A DNA stretch of 64,000 nucleotides from a virus. The notes beneath the pieces are model-generated. The model saw only the letters and a program-made list of their open reading frames with translations, made no database searches and was not told where the DNA came from. This document shows, piece after piece, positions 15,512 through 25,840 of the stretch (within the stretch, counting starts at the first letter, position 1; each line of letters begins with the position of its first letter). The stretch spans positions 32,001 through 96,000 of the IMG/VR virus record IMGVR_UViG_3300043772_003377; one strand, given 5' to 3'. A program made the position numbers and the translations under genes.

Positions 15512-18454
15512 TTATTCATTTATATTTTTTATTGTTAATACATCTGATTCGTCATAGTATGATAACCTATTTGTTAATGATGAATTTTTAAAAATCTGAC
15601 AAGTGTATAATTCATAAACAGATGGTGTTTGACTAACACCCGTAACGGTAACAATAACACCATTAGAATAAACTGAATCTACCGTTATTGATATATCTTC
15701 CGTACCACCAAATACAGATCCGGTTATTGTTAATATTTCTCCAACCGCATATCCAGTACCACCCTGATTTAATACTACACTATTAACTAATCCATCAACA
15801 ACCTCAACATCAAATGTTGCGTTTTCACCACCAGTACCTTGTGCAAATATATTAGGGTATGAACCTGTGACACCTGTTACACTACTCACAAACCAATTAT
15901 TAGGGATAATGTTCCAAGTGCTACCGGAGTCCGAACTATATAATAAAATTACAATGTCAACACCACTTCTTTCCTGCATTCTAACTTTGATAGGATATGT
16001 TCCACCTGTTAATGTTATAGGATACTGATTTCCGTTCGGAAGATTTCCACTATCACCATGCCCCCCATACCAATCAGCAACTTTAATTCCATTAATGAAT
16101 GCGTCTGAACCATCATCACTACTTAATCCAAAATAGTATGTATTGTTGGAAGGAATGTTTATAATACCTTCAATTACCATTCCATAGTCACTTTGATCAA
16201 CACCTGTTTGTGTTGAATATGAAACGCCCTGAATATTAGGAGAATTGTATGTATCAAAAAGAGGACTATTATTTATTAGATAATCCATTTCTGTTTCATT
16301 AGTTGGGTAAGTATATGTTGAATCGGCAGGTTTATAAATTTTAACACTTAGTTTGTTATTAATTGAAAACCCATTTATAGTGCCCGAAGAACCGCCAATT
16401 TCAGTTCCTGGTATTGTTATTGTATCACCTACTTGGTATAACTTACCTGATGTATTACCACTGACACCTATTACAGTATTCCCCGAAACTTCAACATCAA
16501 AAGACGCATTAATACCGTTACCGTTTGTTGTTCCGGTTAAATTAGTGTAAATACCATCGGTTGCTCCAGTACCTAAAGCGTTATATGTAAACGCAGTTAT
16601 AATACCGTAATTTGTTGTAAAATCAACATTATTTACATATGTGTCAACGATATTCCATTGGAAGAATTCCCCAATTGTGTTATTGTAAAAGTTATCAGGA
16701 ATTGTATTATTGTAGAAGTATTCACCAATAGTATTATTATAAAAATAATTCCCGATCCTATTACCTTGATTAGATGAACCACCAAATCCAAAATCAGGTG
16801 CAATAGAATTGTTACTAAATAAATTTCCAATTTGGTTATATGAGAACTTATCACCAACTGTATTGTTATTAAATTCGTTTCCAATTACATTAAATTGAAC
16901 ATCTCCAAGTGTATCATTTGAGTAAAAATCATTACCAATCTTATTTCCACTAAAATCATATAACCCAATAGTTAAATTGGTTCCGATATCATTATTATTA
17001 AAAACGTGTTCAATATTATTTTCGTAGAAATTTGAATATATGGTATTACCATTATAACCGTTTCCAATTAAATTACGATAAAATTCTGAATAGATTTCAT
17101 TTTGATTATATCCATTACCAATATCATTATTATAGAAGTCATCATAAATTTTATTATCATTAAACTGGTTTCCTATTTCATTATTTTGAAAATCATTATT
17201 AGTCCAAACATTATTATTAAAATTATTTCCAATATTGTTTCTATAAAAATCACTACCTAGTAAAGTGTTACCATAAAAATCACTACCAATTCTATTATTA
17301 TTGAAATTTGATGTGATGTAATTGTTCCTAAAATTTTCCCCAATTATGTTACCGTCAAAGTCATCATTTGTTGAGTTGTTATAAAAACTATCACCTATTT
17401 GATTATTATCACAATCATCGTTAAATGTGTTATTATAAGAACCGTTACCAATGGTGTTGTTTCTAAATGAACCATTTAATAATACATTATTTGCAAGTAA
17501 AAAATCTCCAGTACCAAATTCTAAATGTAAATTAGAATAGTTACCAATATAGTTATTAACCGCGCCACCATCATCAATAGCATCACCAAATGTTGTGTAT
17601 TCGTAAACTTGATTTTGTCTTATATTAGGTTGATAATAACTCATTATACCATCGTCATTTCCAAAATAATAAAGTGAGTCAGTAGTTTCATTTATTGTCA
17701 CACCTGATATAATTGCTAAAGAATTACTCTCTACAGAGATGATTTCAAAAAACACAGGATCTAAATTTCGTACTGAAACAATGTCACCAGTTGAGAAATT
17801 TGAAACAAATGTTGTACCTGTATTACCATATAACACTGCAGTTGTCCCTGTTAAACCACTTATACCAACAAGACCACTTAATGGACTATCTTCGTCATAT
17901 GAATATCCATTATATCTTTTAAATAAGATACTTCTGTGATCGTAGTCGGTTCTGTTATTGTATTGATCAATTCTTTCTGTAATTCTACCTTTTGCTGGAC
18001 CACTAGTGATTTCAGTCGTATCCCAAGTAATATCGTAAGTTATATGATCTTGAGGGTATAATGCGGAATATATGGTAGGTGAAAAATCTGTTGTAGATAT
18101 CGCCAATAATAATATAGGCTCTGTTGTTCCTGTTTTATAATTACCTGTAGTAATAGGGTTTTTGGTATTATCGTAGTTTGGTTGGTCATAACACGTTTGG
18201 AAATCTGTTATTAAATAATAAGAACCTTCAGTTAAACTTGATGAACCAATTAAACTGGTTAATTCTGAATACGTAACTTCGGTAACTCCACTCGACCCTG
18301 AAGACCCGCTTAGTATATAAGTTTTAAGGTCGTTTAATGTTGTATGTTTTGTTTCTCCCAAAACACCTAAATAACTTACGTTTACAAATAAGTCACCAGG
18401 AGTATATCCTGTGTAACCAACGTAAGGTAAATCTGAAATTCTAATATCTTCCAT
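15512..18454 (-). CDS. Large fibre/adhesin with an Asn-rich beta-helix and a PA14 carbohydrate-binding domain
   Basis: Many IGNxFxNN repeats; PA14 motif YGMVIEGIINIP...YYFGLSSDDGSDAFING...YPIKVRMQE. Confidence 0.75.
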   Translation of the reverse strand: MEDIRISDLPYVGYTGYTPGDLFVNVSYLGVLGETKHTTLNDLKTYILSGSSGSSGVTEVTYSELTSLIGSSSLTEGSYYLITDFQTCYDQPNYDNTKNPITTGNYKTGTTEPILLLAISTTDFSPTIYSALYPQDHITYDITWDTTEITSGPAKGRITERIDQYNNRTDYDHRSILFKRYNGYSYDEDSPLSGLVGISGLTGTTAVLYGNTGTTFVSNFSTGDIVSVRNLDPVFFEIISVESNSLAIISGVTINETTDSLYYFGNDDGIMSYYQPNIRQNQVYEYTTFGDAIDDGGAVNNYIGNYSNLHLEFGTGDFLLANNVLLNGSFRNNTIGNGSYNNTFNDDCDNNQIGDSFYNNSTNDDFDGNIIGENFRNNYITSNFNNNRIGSDFYGNTLLGSDFYRNNIGNNFNNNVWTNNDFQNNEIGNQFNDNKIYDDFYNNDIGNGYNQNEIYSEFYRNLIGNGYNGNTIYSNFYENNIEHVFNNNDIGTNLTIGLYDFSGNKIGNDFYSNDTLGDVQFNVIGNEFNNNTVGDKFSYNQIGNLFSNNSIAPDFGFGGSSNQGNRIGNYFYNNTIGEYFYNNTIPDNFYNNTIGEFFQWNIVDTYVNNVDFTTNYGIITAFTYNALGTGATDGIYTNLTGTTNGNGINASFDVEVSGNTVIGVSGNTSGKLYQVGDTITIPGTEIGGSSGTINGFSINNKLSVKIYKPADSTYTYPTNETEMDYLINNSPLFDTYNSPNIQGVSYSTQTGVDQSDYGMVIEGIINIPSNNTYYFGLSSDDGSDAFINGIKVADWYGGHGDSGNLPNGNQYPITLTGGTYPIKVRMQERSGVDIVILLYSSDSGSTWNIIPNNWFVSSVTGVTGSYPNIFAQGTGGENATFDVEVVDGLVNSVVLNQGGTGYAVGEILTITGSVFGGTEDISITVDSVYSNGVIVTVTGVSQTPSVYELYTCQIFKNSSLTNRLSYYDESDVLTIKNINE

Positions 18455-18456
18455 TT

Positions 18457-18696
18457 TTATCCATTTAATCCATTACCTCCAATTAAAACAGCGTCTTTTA
18501 ATAGTACTTCAATACCATAAGAATTTGTCCAAGTTGGTTTTGGTGGGTTTATTTTAACTAAAGTATAAATAGTGGTACTATCCCCAATATAATATAGAGT
18601 ATCTTGAGTAATTATTGGTTTATAATTCTCAGTAACCAATCTAAAAACTGATTTTTTGATACAAGTTGTACATATTACACCTGTTTGATTACTCAT
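18457..18696 (-). CDS. Small putative virion protein, paralog of the 14049-14441 C-terminus
   Basis: PPKPTWTNSYG...AVLIGGNGLNG. Confidence 0.6.
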   Translation of the reverse strand: MSNQTGVICTTCIKKSVFRLVTENYKPIITQDTLYYIGDSTTIYTLVKINPPKPTWTNSYGIEVLLKDAVLIGGNGLNG

Positions 18697-20162
18697 TATT
18701 TATAGTTAACTATTTGAAATTTTATTTGTTTTTTATAAATACTAATTTCACCCGAACTTTCCACTTTAATATCAATATAATATTCGTTTGGAATTTTGTC
18801 CCTAGTGTCAAAGATAAAATAATACTCGTTTGGAGTTCTATTTATTTGAGTCCAATCTTGAACTTGAACTTCCGTTTGACCTTCTCTAACATAAATTCTA
18901 TATTCGGCATGAACTTTATTTAATAATTTGTTTGTTGTGTAGGCCTGTTTAATTATAACACCAACTTTTCTAATATCGGTATTGAAAATTTTCTCGTCTT
19001 GTTTAATACCATAAAAATCAAATCCATAAAGTTTTGGTTCTACTGAATTAGTCCCAATCTGTAATGAACTTTTCAATGGTAATAATGTAAATTCGTTAAA
19101 AATATCCGGTAAAGAAAAACCATTTAATGTTATATTAGTCCATTTGTCCGTAAACGTACAAGGAGTTTTATAACCTAATAATGGTGGTATTGTAACTTCA
19201 TAAACACCTTTTGTTCTCCTACAACTTGTTAAACCTGTTAAACCCGCAATAGGTTCACCTGAATTATCCAGTATGTTAACTTCGGGAGTATAATCCAAAT
19301 TAACAGGAATTCCATTATCGTAAACATATAGATATAATTTATTTACTTTACCTAAAGTAAAAAGATTTCTGTCATCATCGATTAAATCGTTATAAATTGT
19401 TTCAAGAAAAGGTTCGTAAAATGTTTGTGTATGTCTTGTAAAAAATTGAACTTCGTAAGATTCACTTAATCCTGATAAATTTTCTAATTGAGGTTTAAAA
19501 GCGATTACCCAACCTGAAACATTATCTAATGTACCATCAAGAATCTGATTGATTTCATTTGTCATATCAAATTCAATATTTTCATTACCAAATTCAAAAT
19601 GTTGCTCCGCAATTTTTGTTAACGCGCTATAAGGATAAAACCCTTCGTTATTATTGTTATATAATCCAGGTTCATCCCAAACTCCAATAGTTGTCGTTTG
19701 ATACCAATTTGACGGTCTATCGGAAAAATTTTTATCCGAATCGGAAATTGTGTATTGTAAATCAGCGAAATCATACCCAACACCCTCATCCCAAATTTGG
19801 GGTGTGTCAGGGTTGTAATCAATAAAAGGTATTCTAAATAATTCTAAATCAAACGAGGTCGCTCTTTTCCTTCCTTGCGAAGTTGAGGTATTTAAGAATT
19901 CTAAATCAAATGTTGATGTATTAGTCATTCTTAAAATGTGTTTCATATTATTAACACAATCATTTGAAATAGTTCCGTCAATTACTTTATTTTTTAATAA
20001 AGTTAAATCTAAATTAAAGATGAATCTACTAAAACCAGTAGGATACTGAGTCGAAATAGGTGTTCCAAAAAATAGTTCGGTGACAGGGTTTCTACCTGTA
20101 TTAGTAAAACTATTTGATATTAATGTATTATTTTTACTAAAGTAAGAATTATTAATTGACAT
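18696..20162 (-). CDS. Putative virion structural protein (beta-rich)
   Basis: 488-aa ORF (NTGRNPVTELF, SRFIFNLDL, WDEGVGYD, FFTRHT...EPFLE); TATTTAT upstream; adjacent to the spike-like gene. Confidence 0.55.
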   Translation of the reverse strand: MSINNSYFSKNNTLISNSFTNTGRNPVTELFFGTPISTQYPTGFSRFIFNLDLTLLKNKVIDGTISNDCVNNMKHILRMTNTSTFDLEFLNTSTSQGRKRATSFDLELFRIPFIDYNPDTPQIWDEGVGYDFADLQYTISDSDKNFSDRPSNWYQTTTIGVWDEPGLYNNNNEGFYPYSALTKIAEQHFEFGNENIEFDMTNEINQILDGTLDNVSGWVIAFKPQLENLSGLSESYEVQFFTRHTQTFYEPFLETIYNDLIDDDRNLFTLGKVNKLYLYVYDNGIPVNLDYTPEVNILDNSGEPIAGLTGLTSCRRTKGVYEVTIPPLLGYKTPCTFTDKWTNITLNGFSLPDIFNEFTLLPLKSSLQIGTNSVEPKLYGFDFYGIKQDEKIFNTDIRKVGVIIKQAYTTNKLLNKVHAEYRIYVREGQTEVQVQDWTQINRTPNEYYFIFDTRDKIPNEYYIDIKVESSGEISIYKKQIKFQIVNYK

Positions 20163-20187
20163 TATAAAGTTGTTTAACTTATAAATA

Positions 20188-21774
20188 TCAATTAATTCGG
20201 ATATTTTGATTTAGAATTGTATTTTCTGCATTAGATAATAATTCCTCGATTGTTTGAATCGTAACTCCACTACCCTCACTTTGTTTACAAGGAGACATAA
20301 ATGCTATTGGGTGTACGTGGTCTCGTAAAAATACAAACATAATTCTAATTAAAGATAATAATTCTTCCCCTCTTACAGATGAATATGTTAAATTTTGAAT
20401 ACTATTTTCGTTACCCACAAATTTATCTTGAGGGATACCATATAAAGTTTCATTTAAATTTATCCCTCCTTTAGGTCCTATAGAATCTTGAGATAATAAA
20501 TATAATTTTTGAGCACCCATAACTCCATAACTTGTTGGTGTTGGAGTATATTTTGACGGAGTTATTTCAGTTGTTTTTATTTCTTTTTGAGGTCCAAAAA
20601 TAGGTTTATCCTTATTTAACCCTGAAACAATAAAAAAACCTTTTTGTTTATTTAAAGATATTTCGGTTGAGAATTTTGAAAAATTGGCAAATTCTTTAGT
20701 ATCTACCGACAAATCTGTTAAATTAAATTTACTACCTTTCAAATAAGTTATTTTGTTTGGAGTTACCAAAAATGGGAATTGATCGGTTATTTCATAAGTT
20801 AAGGGCGAGCTATATCCCGGTAGTCCAGGTAAATTAATCTTATTCTTTAAAACACCATAAATATATAAATTTATCAGATTTACCGTATCAACAAATGACG
20901 AACCACTAAATGATGCCAAACTTTCATTAATTATTTTATAGTCAATTCCTTCATTATATTTTGTGATTGTCTGTCTGTCGGCGGTCGTTGTTGTTATTTG
21001 ACTATTTATCACATCATATAAAGCGATTTGTCCCGTAAAGGAGTCTTGGTCGTTTTCTAAATTGATTATTGTCCAAATAACCATCTTCTTAATTTCTTGT
21101 GACTTTTCTTTTGTGGATATTATAGTTTCCGTATTACCCTCTTCTTTTTTAGTGTCAAAATGTGATAGCTGAATAAATGACCTATTAATATTTGATGTTG
21201 GGGTTAATGTAGTATCTAATTCTCCGTTGTATTTACCTGATCTAAGTAGTACTTCATTTTTTTTAACAATAACGTCAGAATTACCTCGACCTAATAATGA
21301 ATTATCTCCGGGGTCAGGAAAAATACCGGCACTATCACCGGTATACACTACTAAATTATTTAAAGAAAATTGAGTTCCTTGTGCTAGCATTGATTTAGCA
21401 ACTCGATAATCTTCTTTTTTAATATTTCTCACGTCAGTTAAAACGTTAGAAATGTAAAATTGATTTTTAAATTCATACCTATTATCGTAATAAATTACGT
21501 TAACATATTCGTCTTTTAAAGGTACAGGATTAATTGTGTAGGGTAATAAAGGTAAAAATAATTTTGGGTCATTAGTATCCCACTCTTTATAATTTGGGCT
21601 GGCAGATCCGGTTGCGGACATAACTTTACCCTCAACCTCAATTCTTAGTCTACCTAACTTTCTTGGGTCATCGCTACTAATAACCTTACCAGGAAACAAA
21701 ACTTGAGTGATTTGTTTTTCTTGAATGTACTGGTCAACAACCTCCCTAATTAAAGAGTTATCCGGTTTATTCAT
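20188..21774 (-). CDS. Baseplate central spike-like protein (T4 gp5/VgrG-type N-terminal OB fold)
   Basis: GKVISSDDPRKLGRLRIEV...LPLLP...VPLKDEYVNV at the N-terminus; HVHP metal-binding tip motif near the C-terminus. Confidence 0.65.
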   Translation of the reverse strand: MNKPDNSLIREVVDQYIQEKQITQVLFPGKVISSDDPRKLGRLRIEVEGKVMSATGSASPNYKEWDTNDPKLFLPLLPYTINPVPLKDEYVNVIYYDNRYEFKNQFYISNVLTDVRNIKKEDYRVAKSMLAQGTQFSLNNLVVYTGDSAGIFPDPGDNSLLGRGNSDVIVKKNEVLLRSGKYNGELDTTLTPTSNINRSFIQLSHFDTKKEEGNTETIISTKEKSQEIKKMVIWTIINLENDQDSFTGQIALYDVINSQITTTTADRQTITKYNEGIDYKIINESLASFSGSSFVDTVNLINLYIYGVLKNKINLPGLPGYSSPLTYEITDQFPFLVTPNKITYLKGSKFNLTDLSVDTKEFANFSKFSTEISLNKQKGFFIVSGLNKDKPIFGPQKEIKTTEITPSKYTPTPTSYGVMGAQKLYLLSQDSIGPKGGINLNETLYGIPQDKFVGNENSIQNLTYSSVRGEELLSLIRIMFVFLRDHVHPIAFMSPCKQSEGSGVTIQTIEELLSNAENTILNQNIRIN

Positions 21775-21985
21775 TAGTCTTAGTCCTTTCTTCGTATTCT
21801 TTAAGAATTAAATTATAAGTGTTTTCTAATTTATCTAAATGATTTGTCATTCTGATTAAATTTGATTTGGTTTCCTCAAAATCCTCTTTTATAAAGTCTA
21901 ACGCAAATATTAAATCTTTGTTATTAGATGATTTATAATCTTTAACAATTTTTAAAACTTTTTCTGCCTGTTCTTTTTTTGTCAT
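21767..21985 (-). CDS. Hypothetical coiled-coil protein
   Basis: 72-aa ORF, translationally coupled within the operon. Confidence 0.7.
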   Translation of the reverse strand: MTKKEQAEKVLKIVKDYKSSNNKDLIFALDFIKEDFEETKSNLIRMTNHLDKLENTYNLILKEYEERTKTNE

Positions 21986-21987
21986 AA

Positions 21988-23904
21988 TTAAAACTTTTTA
22001 CCTGATGTCGTTAAGGGAAAGGTAACTAATGTTGGTGCAACAATTAATGATGGTATTGGTATATCTGTTCTACCGTTTTCCGCTTCTTCACTTGCCATAG
22101 CCTTCATCTGTCCAAAACGAGACAATAAATCTAAATTAGGACTACCATCAGGTAAAGTCCCTGTTGGAATTCCCAAACTTTGAAATTCGTCTATCATCCC
22201 TATAAATGCTCTTGTTTCGGAATATCCATCTAAAAATTTTGAAAGTATTAATAATGGTAATGGAACTCCGTTCGGATTATTTGGTATTAATTTTAATAAG
22301 GATAAAATATCGTCTATAACACTTTTACACTTTCTCCAATCCTGAATTAGGTTAGCAACAACTATTAATATCTCGGTTAATTTAGCAATCATTTTGAGTT
22401 TTTTATTGTTACTTTCTTTAAGAATATCCGAAATAACTTGTTGAACTAGCACTTTAATATCTTTTTTAATTAATTCAAATAATTCCTCAATAAAAAGTGC
22501 TCCTACCTTAGAGACCAAATTAACGACTAATCCGTAGAATTGTCTTGTAAATTGTACAAATGAATCAATGATGTCTACAATATCATTACCCAAACCTTTA
22601 AATGCGATATAAATAGGTAGTAACACTTTAGGAGATAATAACGAAACTATTAGTCCTTGGGACATAAGTTTTACAAAATTAACATTTAAAGTTGCCTGTA
22701 TATCGAACCCATTAAATTGTGGGTCATTGTTTACTTGATTAGTTAGATTATCGGCCTCGTCAATTAAATTATTACCCTCAACAAATACTAAATTATTTAA
22801 GGAATTTATAATTGCATTTGAGTCAACAGGAATATCCACATAGTCACATTCCAAAAATTTAACAACACCATTTCTTATATTCGCAACTCTTTCCTCAATT
22901 GTGGATAAATCATTATCCGTAAATTCAAAAAACGAATCGTCAGCCCCATCCAACTCACTAACTTTAGCGTTCCCACTAACATTTATTTCTTTATCTTCAT
23001 CAAAACATAAACCTAAAATTCTTTGTAATATTATTTGGAATTTTGTCATATCTTCAATTTGAAACTGCCCCGCACCAATACTGATAGAAATCATTCCGGT
23101 AAGTTGTTCCATAATTGACGCAACAATATTCTCAAATTCAACAACTTTAATAGTTTTGAAATAATCTAATAAAAACTCAGAAATTAAAAACCTACCTCCT
23201 CTATTTCTAATATCTACTTTATACCACCCTCCACCTTCTCCTGTAACTGGATGCGATTCTAAAAATGTTATATCGAATAATGGTTGATTTGATTTACCTA
23301 AATAATCAGTCCCGTATTGTGAATTAAAACTAACACCAGGAAATTGTATTCTGTTATATAACTCTTTATTAGTTGAGTTTGGTCTGTCGTTAGGGGCTAA
23401 TGTTCTTTTTTCATATAAACATTTACCCTCAATATCGTTAGGGTCTATTTTTAATAAATCGGATAAATCGATAGATTTAACTTTAATATAAACGGTAGTG
23501 TTTTGATTGAATGCTTGTTGCTGATCACAACCAACCACCTTAAAAATTTCTTTATATAGAATATCTAAAACTTTAGGTTCAATATTATTTAAAGCCTTTA
23601 AAAAAGTTCTCTTAATATAATTGTATGTATTACCACCATTTTCATTTGTTAGTGTTAATACTTCTAATAAATGTTCAAATTGAGTTTTAAGATTTTTTTT
23701 AAATTTTTTTGACTTTTGAGTTATGTCATCGGCGTTTTTTTTTGTATTTGAAAGTTTTTTGTTTGTTTTAACCTTACTTTCCTCAAAAGAATTGACCGCC
23801 TTTTTTTTAAGTTTAGAATACTGATTCTGTAAATCTTTATAATTTTTTATAGATTTAACCTTATCCTTAGCCTTTTTATAATCATTTTCTAAATCTAAAG
23901 ACAT
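21988..23904 (-). CDS. Hypothetical protein, possibly structural
   Basis: 638-aa ORF in the operon with the spike-like gene. Confidence 0.7.
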   Translation of the reverse strand: MSLDLENDYKKAKDKVKSIKNYKDLQNQYSKLKKKAVNSFEESKVKTNKKLSNTKKNADDITQKSKKFKKNLKTQFEHLLEVLTLTNENGGNTYNYIKRTFLKALNNIEPKVLDILYKEIFKVVGCDQQQAFNQNTTVYIKVKSIDLSDLLKIDPNDIEGKCLYEKRTLAPNDRPNSTNKELYNRIQFPGVSFNSQYGTDYLGKSNQPLFDITFLESHPVTGEGGGWYKVDIRNRGGRFLISEFLLDYFKTIKVVEFENIVASIMEQLTGMISISIGAGQFQIEDMTKFQIILQRILGLCFDEDKEINVSGNAKVSELDGADDSFFEFTDNDLSTIEERVANIRNGVVKFLECDYVDIPVDSNAIINSLNNLVFVEGNNLIDEADNLTNQVNNDPQFNGFDIQATLNVNFVKLMSQGLIVSLLSPKVLLPIYIAFKGLGNDIVDIIDSFVQFTRQFYGLVVNLVSKVGALFIEELFELIKKDIKVLVQQVISDILKESNNKKLKMIAKLTEILIVVANLIQDWRKCKSVIDDILSLLKLIPNNPNGVPLPLLILSKFLDGYSETRAFIGMIDEFQSLGIPTGTLPDGSPNLDLLSRFGQMKAMASEEAENGRTDIPIPSLIVAPTLVTFPLTTSGKKF

Positions 23905-24275
23905 TATTTTTTCATTTTAAAAGGTGTATTGTTATCAACGTCTTTGTTAATTAACTCTGATAATATGTTATCGTCAACATCTAAATCAGATAGAGAGAAC
24001 GATTCTTGGGTTGAATTCGTTTTCTCCCAAATACTGGATTGTAGTTTAGAAAGTGCCAATTTTTTATCGACACAATCATTCACTATTTTTTGTTGTTTCT
24101 CGATTACAGGACCTATTAGAGTCATATCTTCAGGTTCTTTCATCATCGCTAACATTTTATTTTGAATCCTAATGGCGGTAGTTCTTTGTTCTACCAATTC
24201 ATTATAAATCTCTTGCATTAGAGATAAAATAGATTCTTTAGTTAAATTTATTTCTTTTTTTGGAGGTCTTCCCAT
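23904..24275 (-). CDS. Hypothetical helical protein
   Basis: 123-aa ORF preceded by TATTTAT (24281-24287). Confidence 0.7.
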   Translation of the reverse strand: MGRPPKKEINLTKESILSLMQEIYNELVEQRTTAIRIQNKMLAMMKEPEDMTLIGPVIEKQQKIVNDCVDKKLALSKLQSSIWEKTNSTQESFSLSDLDVDDNILSELINKDVDNNTPFKMKK

Positions 24276-24287
24276 AATGTATAAATA

Positions 24288-25037
24288 TTATTTTACCATA
24301 TTTTGAATTAGGTTCTCATATATTATTTTATATTTTTTCATTGAATTCCTAATTTCTTTGGTACTTAGATTAGTCATTTCTCTTATTGATAATAAAATAA
24401 TATTTTTATTAAATTTATTATTATCATTACCGATAAAAATATCATCATAATCTTCAAATATATCATATAACGCCTTACCCAATTTAACTTCATTTTCGGT
24501 TAAATCTTTTTTAATCAAAAATAAATCAAGTTCCTTTAAAAAATTTTTAATTACTAATTCAGAGTCCATATGTTCCCTATCTATAGTATATGAGAATTCT
24601 TCATTGTTTTCTAAATCAGATGAAATGTCTTCGTAAGATATTTTACGATTAGTTTCTTTTTGGTCTTTTATTATTTGACCCATAAGGTAATTCTTACATA
24701 TCGTACCAAAATAAGAATACGCTTTTTTCTCTTTTGACGGTTTAAACTTCTCAAGTTTTGTCATAAGGAAGGAGTGAGTATCTATATGGATTTCATAAAA
24801 ATCCATATCTTTTCTATATAATTTATATCTTCTAATAATTGAAGATATCATTTTGTCTAAAGGTTTTCTTAAAAACTCATTATATATTTTATTTCTATCC
24901 TCTAAGGAAGTGGCCTCTAAGAATCTTATAACGGCCATTTCCTCTCGGACATCAAAATAATTAGTTTGAGTTGGTTTTCGACCTTTCTTCTTAACTTCGA
25001 AACCAGTTTCTAATATTTGTGGAGTATTTTCTGACAT
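24288..25037 (-). CDS. Putative phage sigma factor (T4 gp55-like)
   Basis: Region-2-like segment KLEKFKPSKEKKAYSYFGTICKNYL parallels the gp55 FD...AYFT.I motif; N-terminal NYF followed by helices. Confidence 0.55.
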   Translation of the reverse strand: MSENTPQILETGFEVKKKGRKPTQTNYFDVREEMAVIRFLEATSLEDRNKIYNEFLRKPLDKMISSIIRRYKLYRKDMDFYEIHIDTHSFLMTKLEKFKPSKEKKAYSYFGTICKNYLMGQIIKDQKETNRKISYEDISSDLENNEEFSYTIDREHMDSELVIKNFLKELDLFLIKKDLTENEVKLGKALYDIFEDYDDIFIGNDNNKFNKNIILLSIREMTNLSTKEIRNSMKKYKIIYENLIQNMVK

Positions 25038-25840
25038 TAAACTTCACTAGGTTCGTATTTTATGGCTCTATCATTAATAAAGAAATATTCTTTTTTTGCC
25101 GAGTCAATCCAAAATTTAACCTCACTATCAGTCAAAATATTGTCACCATTTTTGTAGTTCCAGAATATAGAACCTTCTCTTAAATTAGTATGTTTGTATC
25201 CAATTCTTGGTATTGTCAAAAATTTAACAGAATTATGAGTCATTCTTAGAAAGAACTCATAACCAAATGTTAATTTAAATGAAGGTTTAAAAAGTCCAAA
25301 ATCAACGAAAGACGATTTTTTAATAACCATTCCTGATGTTTGGAAGTTTTGATAATTTTGTAATGTTTCGTTTGTTAATAAACCCATTTCAGAAGAAATG
25401 TTAAGTGCAAATGTCGCCTCATTTGTAAATCCTGCAAATGATTCTTTATTATCTGTGTCAATAACAATCGGTAAAAACGCGTCAACATCAGGGTAAGATT
25501 CTGAAAACTTTTTAACGTTTTTGAACCAAATTTTAGAATACTCATCGTCAAATTCAAATAATGATACCCATTTAGATTTGGCACTTCTAACTCCAAAGTT
25601 AACTTGTCCTGAATAATTAGGTTCTTTAGTCCATTCAATTTTTACAACATTGATATCACCAAAATCAAATTGGTTAAGATATTCGACTAGTGAAGTTTCA
25701 TTAGTGTGAACTATAATTAGTTCATTAATCCCTATAACTTGTTGTTTTAAAGATTCTATACATTTTTTAAAGTAATCTTCAAACCATACGTTTGATGAAG
25801 ATTTAATTGGTAATACTACCGATACGTCAAATTTTTCCAT
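25037..25840 (-). CDS. Glycosyltransferase, GT-A fold (GT2-like)
   Basis: VSVVLPI...CIESLKQQ...ELIIV...VNFGV...SKWVSLFEFDD. Confidence 0.8.
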   Translation of the reverse strand: MEKFDVSVVLPIKSSSNVWFEDYFKKCIESLKQQVIGINELIIVHTNETSLVEYLNQFDFGDINVVKIEWTKEPNYSGQVNFGVRSAKSKWVSLFEFDDEYSKIWFKNVKKFSESYPDVDAFLPIVIDTDNKESFAGFTNEATFALNISSEMGLLTNETLQNYQNFQTSGMVIKKSSFVDFGLFKPSFKLTFGYEFFLRMTHNSVKFLTIPRIGYKHTNLREGSIFWNYKNGDNILTDSEVKFWIDSAKKEYFFINDRAIKYEPSEV

